Source of the DNA: Octopus vulgaris
Lineage: Eukaryota
Length of the DNA: 64,000 bases
Direction of reading: 5' to 3'
Assembly: GCA_951406725.2 (NCBI GenBank)
Contig: OX597838.1
Span: 41,788,001 to 41,852,000 of the forward strand
Each line of letters starts with the position of its first letter. The first letter of the stretch is position 1. Made by a program: the position numbers and the translations under genes. Shown here in pieces: positions 12,826 through 23,185 of the stretch. The notes under the pieces are model-generated. The model made no database searches, was not told the DNA's origin, and saw only the letters and a program-made list of their open reading frames with translations.

Positions 12826-12892
12826 GTGTGAATTTGAAAAATCCAAATGTCTAAATCGTCTACTGAAGCTACATCATATTGGGCATTGTTAG
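12826..12892 (+). CDS. Kazal protein exon 4 (last coding exon)
   Basis: Acceptor cttgcttacag. Reads CEFEKSKCLNRLLKLHHIGHC* with TAG at 12890-12892, completing the six-Cys second domain. Total CDS 414 nt = 137 aa. Confidence 0.9.
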
Positions 12893-14013
12893 GGTGATGG
12901 AAGTGAGATGCCATCTTTCTGTCATTAAAGGTAAGTACAAATCTACTAAGATAATGTTTCTTTCATATTTTGGGGGTAGATGCTGATTGAACGAATCATC
13001 ATCATCATTTTAATGTCCACTTTTCCATGATTGCATAGGTCAGACAGTCTATTGAGGTTGATTTTTCTATGGTCAGATACTCTTTCTGTTGCCAACCTTC
13101 ACCTGTTTCCAAGCAACGTAATATCTCCGCATGACCAGGCATGTTTACGGCAGAATATTGGAAAGGAATGACACTGCTGGTATGACAGTGACTCTCGTTT
13201 ACAACTGTTGTGTGTTATCAAAATGGGGAGACATGTATACATGCACTCAAAATGGGGAGACAGATATTCACGCACTCATCATTATCATCATTTAACATTT
13301 GTTTCCATGCTGGCATGGATTGGACATAGTCATATAAATACATAATATCTTATATTAAAGAAAATTGTCACCACATTGAGTCATGAGAACAGTAGATGCA
13401 TTTTGTCTTTCTTGATGCTTGTCAATGCTGTGCATTTGATTGTCACCTGCTTGAACAAAATTTATGCCTTTGTAGCAAACTCCTCTCTCTATTATATAAA
13501 CAACCCCAAAAGTTAGCTGTTACCTACTACATGTGTATGAGGAAACAGCTAACTTTTGCGGCTGTTTTGGACCCCGTTGTGTCTATCACTCCAATTGATT
13601 GAATTTGGCACAATTTGTCTCTTACTGTATTGCACACCAATATGCAACCCAACCAATCACATCCCTCAATTATGTCATGTGAGACAGTCTTTTCCAAACA
13701 GCATTTGAGCCTACCCATCAGCTATAAAAGCTCACCTCTTTCTAGTCTCAACGTCAGTTGGTTCCCAACCTTCTAAGGTCTAACTACTGACCACATTACA
13801 GCAACCTCCATCTTCATCAGCACCACTGATGTCTCTCACCAACATCATCAACAACATCTACATGAACAGCAATGTGTTAGAACCAATACACTGCACTGGT
13901 TCTAACACATCGCTGTTCATGAGCTTTCCTCACCAGGGTTAACAGCTAACATACAACCCATGCAGATGCATGCAGATATATGAACAAATGTACAGCAACC
14001 ACTTCCATTCAGC

Positions 14014-14080
<67 letters not shown>

Positions 14081-14089
14081 TATATACAC

Positions 14090-14120
<31 letters not shown>

Positions 14121-14258
14121 ACCACAATAAATGCATTTAAAGTTACCACCTTGTGTTTTATATATTCTTCATCTGGGTCTACCACCAAATAACATTACAG
14201 CCTTTTGAGCAGAGTCATTAGATGGAATACCAACTATCCATCCAAACCTTGATATACA

Positions 14259-14291
<33 letters not shown>

Positions 14292-14965
14292 TGGTGTTTC
14301 ACTTAGGCATACTGATTTTAACACAAATCTATTAAGAGATTTTATCTCAGACAATCCCTCAGCTTCATGCCTTCTAATGGAGTATAAACCTTCATTATGA
14401 TACACAGATGATGAATATATCACCATTAACTAGAAGTGAAATGGTTGAATTAACAAGGTAGTGAATGAGTAAGTGGTGAGTAAATGTTGTCTGTTGTAGA
14501 CTGGGACCCAAACGGTGGGGGGGGGGGGGGGCGGATTTACCTTTCATCCATTTTATATCGAGTAACTGGAGCTAAAATTTTGCCTCTTCAGGGACCAAAG
14601 AAGACATTTACTTAATACTTTTCTTTATATAAGTCAACAGAACTTATTTATGGTCATTGAACCCATCAGAAACAGCAGCTAAATCACAGAGACAGACACA
14701 TTGAATGATTTAATTCCAAGTGAAATACTCCATGCTTGATAAAGATGAGACAGCCATGGCTGGATTGCCTTTGGTCATTAGTAACGTAATCAGGGCTTAA
14801 CTTTTCTACATACCATGTGTTTTGAAATCTCAATCCTCTGCAGTGAAGTCATCTACTTCTCCCTCAGAAGTACAGGTTACCCCTGGCCAATGGCTACCTA
14901 TGCCTATTTAATTTCTCACTCCACTAAGTCACTACACACATATCACTTCTCTTATTCTGAGCACA

Positions 14966-15035
14966 AATATATTAGCATATTATTAATATATTAGCATATT
15001 ATTAATATATTAGCATATTGTTAATATGTTAGCAT
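14966..15035. repeat. 19-bp minisatellite (~3.7 copies)
   Basis: Unit aatatattagcatattatt repeated in tandem. Confidence 0.85.
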
Positions 15036-15553
15036 TTGAATCCAAATGGTAAAATTAAAAAACTGCTTAGGAATTTTCTCCTCCTTGCCTAATGCATTAA
15101 CATAAAACCACTTACACTGGCTGCACCCATTCTGCAGTCCCCTGTCTGAAACAGGCGCATTTTATGTCTCGATGCCAGTATCAAATGGACTGATTTTCAA
15201 TAATTATTCCAATAGACTCGTAACAGCTGCATATGTTGCCCCATCTAACAGGAACCCCGTCAATTAAGGGTCTGGAAGATGGTGACGGATGTCTTTTTGC
15301 ATTTTGTGGAAAGCCATGGCAGTTAGGGCATAATACTGTGACAGACGTGTGTATGAGTGCATATAAGTGTGTGTGTGTGTGTGCATAGATAAGCAGACAA
15401 GTGTGTGTGTGTGTGTAGGCAGATAGGTATGTATACACATGTATGCATGTCCACACACATACATATATACCTTTGAACTATTTTGAATAGATATGTGTGT
15501 TGGAGAGAAAGAAAGATGGTGTGTTTTTTGTATATATGTGTGTGTGTATGTAT

Positions 15554-15589
<36 letters not shown>

Positions 15590-15984
15590 GTTGTATATAT
15601 ATCTTTTAAATTCGTTTATGGTAATGTTAGGGGTATGCAAATAAAGCTCCTGCCAGATGGTGTCTAATGATACTGACTGGCAAGTCAGTTTCCCAGGGTT
15701 GCATCATGGTTATACTGATATAATAATAACAACAATAATTCTAGGATGGAATTCATAAGTATTTAATACATCACTATGTGCATTTCCACTAATCACATGA
15801 CTTTAACATCAGAGTCTGTATTCTTGGGGTGATTACAGTATATATTGTGTGTATGTATGTATATGTGTATGCATATATGTGTGTGTATGTACATGTATAT
15901 ATACTTTGATAGGTTTCGGCCATTATTGGCCCAGGCCATGTCTAACTTAATAGCACCACCTGGTATATATGTATGTATGTATAT

Positions 15985-16153
15985 TGGTTGTGTGGTAAGT
16001 AGCTTGTTTACCAACCACATGGTTCCGGGTTCAGTCCCACTGCATGCCACCTTGGGCAAGTGTCTTCTACTATAGCCTCGGGCCAACCAAAGCCTTGTGA
16101 GTGGATTTGGTAGACGGAAACTGAAAAAAGCCCATTGTATATGTGTGTGTGTG

Positions 16154-16210
<57 letters not shown>

Positions 16211-16430
16211 GTATATGTATGTATGTGTGTGTATATGTTTGTCCCCCCCAACATCGCTTGACAACCAATGCTGGTGTGTATTTACGTCCCCGTAACTTAG
16301 CGGTTCAGCAAAAGAGACTGATAGAATAAGTACTAGGCTTACAAAGAATAAGTCCTGGGGTCGATTTGCTCGACTAAAGGCAGTGCTCCAGCATGGCCAC
16401 AGTCAAATTGACTGAAACAAGTAAAAGAGT
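15985..16430 (+). mobile_element. tRNA-derived CORE-type SINE with internal (TA/TG)n
   Basis: A-box tggytgtgtgg, B-box gggttcagtccc, CORE-like ggcaccttgggcaagtgtctt, tail gtaaaagag. Many further copies, e.g. 8340-8722(-), 9350-9730, 10870-11260(-), 30315-30725(-). Confidence 0.88.
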
Positions 16431-16916
16431 ACACGAGGAGTGTATGAAAAAAGTTTTGAGCCTTGAAGTCTTGTGCCATGTTTTGTTTTTTTGAGGCTCA
16501 AGACTTTTCCTACACCCCTTGTGTGTGTATATATATATATATATATACATACATATATACATACACATATATATCACATGACCAAGCAGGCTATCGGATG
16601 TTGTTACACATCGCTGGTCACTGTGCTTTTTACATTGTTTTAGCCTACAAATGATGTCACCTGACTGGCTAGGTGAGCAGGCTGACTTTCCCCTTTGATT
16701 GAAAGGGAAACTGGAGCAACATGAAATGAAGTGTTTTGCTCAAGAACACAATCTGCTGCCCAATCAAGGCATTAAACCCATGATCTAATGATTGTGAGTA
16801 CCACACACCTAACCACTAGGCCACACGCCTTCACGTTATGCACATATATAAATGTCTATATGTATGTATGTGTATATATTTGCGCGTGCATGTACTTAAT
16901 ATATTTATGTGCATAT

Positions 16917-16950
<34 letters not shown>

Positions 16951-16974
16951 ATACATATATATACATATATATGA

Positions 16975-17358
16975 ATGGAAATCGATCAATGGAAATTGCA
17001 GATGTGTTACCAGTGCCGGTGGCATGTAAGAGAACCTTCCGTTTCGCGACCGTTGCCAGCACCGCCCCGTTTCGTGTCCGTTGCCAGCCTGGCCTGGCCC
17101 TCGTGCCGGTGGCACATAAAAAGCACCATCCGTTCGTGGCCGTTTGCCAGCTCTGTCTGGCACCTGTGCGGGTGGCACATAAAAAGCACCCACTACACTC
17201 ACGGAGTGGTTGGCGTTAGGAAGGGCATCCAGCCGTAGAAACACTGCCAGATAAGACTGGGCCTGATGAAGCCTTCTGGCTTCACAGACCCCAGTAGAAC
17301 CGTCCAACCCATGCTAGCATGGAAAACGGACGCTAAACGATGATGATGATGATGATGA
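16975..17358 (+). mobile_element. 3' UTR fragment of the dominant RTE family, (GAT)n tail, inserted in TA-rich repeat
   Basis: Matches the 3' end of the 33796-35495 element and ends ...catgctagcatggaaaacggacgctaaac(gat)n. Confidence 0.85.
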
Positions 17359-17372
17359 TATATATAGATACG

Positions 17373-17405
<33 letters not shown>

Positions 17406-18102
17406 CAGAGAATATCAGTTCAGCGTTTGAGGAAGTGAGGAAAACGGGCTGACTAAGGTGGTTGATAGAAGATGAGTTGGGGGGGGGGGGCTTGACAGAA
17501 CCTCTAATTCTGCTGAGATGGACAGGTCTTCTCAAGTGCAGCCTAAAGCCATTCGTCTTGGTCCCTCGTTATCTCCTCTGAGAGGCTCAATATCTTGAGG
17601 TCTGTCTTCACCACTTTGTCCTATGGTTTTCTAGGTCTGGCTCTTCTACATGTTCCTTCCATGTATAGCAATCAGCACTTCTTTATGTAGCCATCCTCAT
17701 CCATCTGCATCACATGACCATACCAGCAGACTCTTCTCTCCTGTACACCACATTTGATGCCTCTTGTGCCTAATTTTCCTCTAAGCCCATTTGTACTTCA
17801 TCATACATGCACACTGACATTGCATGTCCATTGGAGCATACTTGTTTCATTTATTTCCTTTCAAGTTTTCGGATGATATATAATATTAAAAATGGGGAAG
17901 ACTGGTTTATGCGATTACCTTAATTTTCCTGTCCATAAAGAGTTTAGCTTTATGGTGTGGGATTGACAGTACACCATAAAGCTAAACCCTTTATAGACAG
18001 GAAATCTAAGGTAATCCCATAAACTGGCCTCCCCGTTTTTAATATATTCTGCTCTACATCCTAGAGTGTGCTTCTTCTTTTGGATTTATGTTTTTTACAA
18101 AC

Positions 18103-18154
<52 letters not shown>

Positions 18155-18438
18155 GTATTTTCAAATCTAAATCAGAAGAAATCTCTGAGCTGATGAAGGA
18201 AAAGTGGCGTTTTACCCACAAATCCAGAAACAGACTGTCCTCAGGTATCGTATATGGATGTGATCTTTCATTGTTTTTTCCCTTATACCTATGTGAGTTA
18301 TTTTTCTGAGTATGCATTGTCTGGAGACTTTTATTTGCAGTTGAAGAAATAGCCAAATTTTTGGCTGCTATTTCTGAAAAGTTCGGTGTGTGGTAAAGTG
18401 AATTCTTTTGCTTTACCATATTTTTATAAATTATACAT

Positions 18439-18479
<41 letters not shown>

Positions 18480-18919
18480 TAGATAGAGAGAGAGACATAC
18501 ACACACACATGCACAAGTGCAAGTAATGACAGTGTGCTAAGAAGTTTGCTTCCCAACCACATGGTTCCAGGTTCAGTTCCATTGCTTGGCACCTTGAGCA
18601 AGTGTCTTCTACTATAGCCTCAGGCCAACCTGAGATGGGAATATGTTGAATAAAATCATAATTAACTGATCCTCCTGTATTTTGTTTTCCAAAAAGCCAG
18701 GAACTTTTCAGCACCCCCTCGTATAACAATGTTGATTAGAGCTAATTCAGACAAAACAATTTTACATTCCTTTTCTTTGTAATTGTAAAAACTCAGTGGA
18801 TATTTATGGATTTTCAAATGTGTTTGATTAAAACATTCTTTGGATTACTGTCTTGTCTGATAGTGTGTAGGTGCGAATGAACTTAATAGGCTAAACACTA
18901 AGGTTAATAACCAAATGAA

Positions 18920-19303
18920 ATTATTATTATTAGTATTATTATTATGATTATATGAAAACTCTCAGCTTATTTTGCTGGGTAGGATGGAAAGTGTCAGCCG
19001 ATTAAGGTGACACTTGTTAACTGGTCATGCTTCAAGGACCCTGCAAGGAATTCTTGCAGTTCCAAACAGTGCTTATTTTTGTAGGTGTTCTACCTTCACA
19101 CTTGTACCACTGTTTTTTTAGCTATGTTGGTAGTTGAGTGCTGATACTTCCAAATGTGCCGGTCACTACTGGTATCATATCCACTCTCTTCATTGCCCAC
19201 AGCCTGCATATTTCCCACTTCAAATTGTCATAGATGTTCAGTTTTTTTTTTTCTTTCTTTTTCATTCTGTTGTCACTGGGACATGCTATGTCAATTACAA
19301 TGC

Positions 19304-19306
<3 letters not shown>
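18920..19306 (-). mobile_element. Dong/R4-type LINE 3' fragment within (TAA)n
   Basis: Minus strand reads IVIDIACPSDNRM..KE..K...YDNLKWEICRLWAMKRVDMIPVVTGTFG...ALFGTARIL (restriction-like endonuclease end); (TAA)n on both sides. Confidence 0.75.
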
Positions 19307-19342
<36 letters not shown>

Positions 19343-20009
19343 CATTGTGGCAAGCTGGCAGAATTGCTTAACAGCATTTCGTCTAAGTTGATAATTCAAA
19401 TTCTGCTGAGATTGACTTTACCTTTCTTTCTTCCAAATTCAATGAAATAAACCCCCTTTGGGCCCTAGGGTTGGTGTAAAATCTACACTACCCCCCCCCC
19501 CCCGCCAACTAAAAAATGTTCAGACTTGTGCCTATTGTAGAATTGTTAGCACACCTGGCAAAACACCTGGTGACATTTCGTCTGTCATTACATTCTGAGT
19601 TCAAATTCTATGGAGATCAACTTTGCCTTTCACCCTCTTTGGGAGGGGGGGGAGGGGCAAAATTTTAAACCATTACTGTTGTTGCTGTTACATAGTGCAT
19701 GTATGTTCATGTATAGTTGTTTGTGTAGCTTTCTCATGTGATGCTTTTAGATATATATCATGGTGTGTTTGATGTCATGTGATGTTTTTTGATACCATGT
19801 GGTGTTTTTAAAAAAAAGCATAACTGTCATACAAGTAGTGAAAAGCATGTGCCGCCATGGAGAAATATTACCTTGCTTTGGAGACAGGTGATGACAGGTG
19901 AAAGGAAAAGCATCTGACCATAGAAAATCTGCCTCAGCAAATTCCGTCTGAACCATGCAAGCCTGGAGAAGAAATAAGTATTTGAACAATGATGATGGGA
20001 TTGGTGATT

Positions 20010-20053
<44 letters not shown>

Positions 20054-20288
20054 CACACATATATATATATATATATGCACACACACATATATATATATAT
20101 ATGCACACACACATATATATATATATATGCACACACACATAGAGATGAGGGTGGCATTTACGATCGTTTCGATTTACAGTTTTAAGTAAATCCCTTAAGA
20201 ATGTGAATATAGATAGATGCATCGGTTAGGGTGCAAAAATAATTGATACATATGTGATGGTAATGTAAACAAAGTGGTCATTCTTACA

Positions 20289-21073
20289 GGATCTTTTCGG
20301 TTTGAACGGCAGTTTTTAACATAATTTCTAGGTAACTAAGAAATTTTAAACTTTGTATACTGGTAGAATGTGTTTATAAAACATCTTTTTCTCTTGGCTT
20401 TATTGAGAAAATTCTATAGTTTGTAAGATATTTGTTGTTTTTTGTCTTCAATTTCTGCAATTTCAACCAACCACTGATGTCCATTGAGTTAAAAAACATT
20501 CTGTGCCGTATGAATATGTCCCTCGTTTAAGAAACAGATTGGGTTTATTTACATTTGTGAAGAAAAAAGATACCCTTCCCCCCACCCCTAACCCTAACCC
20601 TAAAACAGATTGAAATGCAATAGATCGATACTAGGGTTATAATTATGGGTGACAATTTCATACGACACCACTATAAAAAAACTTATCGGTGTCATATGAA
20701 ATTGTCACCCATAATTATAACCCTAGTATCGATCTATTGCATTTCAATCTATTTTAGATTTAGGATTAGAGTTAGGGGTGGGGGAAGGGTATCTCTTTTC
20801 TTCACAAATGTAAATAAACCCAATCTGTTTCTTAAAGGAGGGACATATTCATATGGCACAGAATGTTATTTACCTAAATGGACGCCAGTGATTGGTTAAA
20901 ATTGCCGAAATGCAAGAAATTAAAGACGAAATATGTTACAACCTATAGAATTTTCTTAATAAAGCCAAGAGAAAATGATGTTTTATAAACACATTCTATC
21001 AGTATACGAAATTTAAAACTTTTTAGTTACCTAGAAATTACGTTACAAACTGCCATTCAAAAGGAAAAGATCC
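20289..21073. mobile_element. 785-bp foldback MITE with 8-bp TSD (Merlin- or hAT-like)
   Basis: ~380-bp inverted arms with an 18-bp spacer, termini GGATCTTTTC...GAAAAGATCC, TSD TTCTTACA at 20281-20288 and 21074-21081. Confidence 0.9.
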
Positions 21074-21338
21074 TTCTTACATTAAATTTTTTACCTTGCA
21101 CTGGTAAATTCGCTTGATAGAAGTTTACTTGTGGTAGATCGGTTAGTTTCGTTGGGTAATTAGGGCAGGGTGAGTATTATTTAGGTGCGGGTTTCCTTGT
21201 TCAATTAAGCACATTTTTTCGCACGTGTGTATTCCGTTGTACTTATATATACACACATGTATACACACACACATATATATATATACACACATATGTATAC
21301 ACATACACACATATGTATACACACACACATATATATAT

Positions 21339-21381
<43 letters not shown>

Positions 21382-21451
21382 CTGCATATATATTTTTACA
21401 TATATATGCAGATATACACATACACACACACACACACTCACATATATATAT

Positions 21452-21635
21452 AGTTGAAATTTACAGAAAAACAAAAGATGAAGACAGGTGTATGAACAAC
21501 AAGCAGGTGTGTTAGTTTGACGGTCAGGAAAGTGTGAGTCTTTTACGTTTCGAGCCTACGCTCTTCAACAGAAAGGAATATGGGGAAATAAGCAGAGAGA
21601 GAATAAAAAAACTTGTGGATTTACCGATCAATCAT
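21452..21635 (-). mobile_element. Short PLE-like terminal fragment with hammerhead-like motif; second copy at ~45937-46135
   Basis: Two similar copies, both in TA/CA-rich context. Minus strand reads cttt CTGTTGA a GAGC gtag GCTC GAAACGTA aaag. Confidence 0.6.
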
Positions 21636-21737
21636 ATATATGTATTTGTGTCTTTAAGATAGCCATGTTTACACGAGTGTATAGATAGATGTATATGTTT
21701 TAACATGTTTATTTTTTCTCTCCTCTTGTTTTAATAG

Positions 21738-21850
21738 ATTTACAACCAAGACTTCTGACATGAAATATCTCTTCGCATTCAAAATTGAACACTTATTTTT
21801 TAAAAAATTTCTTTGAAATAAAAGAATAAAAAAAAGGGGGGAAATTGGTG
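21738..21850 (+). other. Probable non-coding terminal 3'UTR exon of the Kazal gene
   Basis: Strong donor AAG/GTAAGT at 12930/12931. Long pyrimidine tract plus TAG acceptor ending at 21737, followed by AATAAA at 21817 and 21825. The end coordinate is approximate. Confidence 0.5.
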
Positions 21851-22712
21851 TTTATGATTCATTTAGATAACTTTGCTGTCTCTTTCATTTTGTCTTTTTA
21901 TCTTTTGCTAGCCTAGTTTGAATACGAAATTGAGGGATGAAAATTTTTTTGTGAGACACTGATGTAGTTTTAAAGAGAGAGACATGTTCATTTACAAATA
22001 GAAATCGTAAATCATTCAGCATCATCACCATCATCATTGTCTTCATCATTTTTACATCCACTCATCAGTGTTTGCATGGTTTGGGTGAGTCCTTTCCATT
22101 TTATTGCATTCTTGTGTATGAGATGTTTTGGTGCTGCCTGTTTGGCATTTGTTGATTTGACACTGATTCATTTGACTCAGACATTTTAACGCTTTTATTC
22201 TTCCTTCCTTTCCCTGCTCCTCTCCCTCCTTATCTACCTCCCTCCCTCTCTATCTTTCTCTAATATTAATATGTGTGAGCATTTACCTAAGTTTATATGT
22301 TTGTACCACAGATTATGGAACCCTGCCAACAAATATGAGGCAGACAGGCTTACTTTTTTGCTAAAGATTATTCTTGCATTCATCTCATAATAAAGAAGGG
22401 AGTCCATCATTAGTGTCTCCACATCCAGGCCGCATCTCATCTAAGCTGATTGTTTTTCTAATCAGTTGCGCTAAACTATTTCTTTCATAATTTGGTCCAC
22501 ACACACACAAAGTGGCATGCAGTGGGATTGAACCTGAATCCACAAGGTCGGGAAATGAGCTTCTTAACAACACAGCCATGCATGCAACTGGTGTGTGTGT
22601 GTGTGAAAGCACATTTGGCAAAAGAATAGGGATGAATGTAACAACAGCTAGGTGTTGTATCTCGGTCGGAGCCATCCCACTCCAATTACAAACAGGAAAA
22701 CCACCGATAGAA

Positions 22713-22720
22713 ATGGAAAG
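22713..22720 (+). CDS. KIF12: Probable first coding exon of KIF12-like kinesin (M-E-R)
   Basis: gaaATGG start context, then ATG GAA AG/GTAAGG. The phase-2 donor matches the phase-2 acceptor at 42334. Implies a 19.6-kb intron; alternatives are not excluded. Confidence 0.5.
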
Positions 22721-22767
22721 GTAAGGGCTATACCTAGTCTTCAGTTTCTAGGGTTTTTCTTTTAGGT

Positions 22768-23185
22768 TGTAGTGATGCTACTGTGTAGGGTTCAGCGCGC
22801 ATGCGCAGAATGGGACTACTTCCGGGTGGCCACCGGAAGTCTTCCCCATGCGCATGAGCGGGAAACTGATCCCTAAGGCCCACTAAACTCGATTCATTCT
22901 CTCTGGCCGTTCAGCCATCGTGAACAGACGTGCATTTGGTAGTCTCTGATAACCACACCGACTTAGCCGCGGACGACATTGAACCACTTCAACCAACCAA
23001 CAAGAAGCTGTACAACAGATTCGGCTGTCGTTTTCCCTTCAGAGATACGTACACCATCGCAATTAATAAACAACACTGCTGTCTTTCACCGATAACCTGA
23101 CTTCGTCTGTTATGTCTAACTAAATTGTATGTGACGGGATCGGATCGACACCCTTTCAGTGATACCGATACCAGATCCTGTTACA
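22768..23185 (+). mobile_element. Solo LTR (Gypsy-like), 418 bp
   Basis: TGTA...TACA termini, 4-bp TSD AGGT on both sides, AATAAA at 23065, CpG-rich. Confidence 0.85.

Noticed and set aside
12890-12929. Stop-codon readthrough of the Kazal TAG
   Set aside because: Would add only ~12 residues before TAA, with no readthrough context or recognisable motif.
20586-20603. Telomere or chromosome-fusion relic
   Set aside because: Only three units, and internal to a TSD-bounded transposon.
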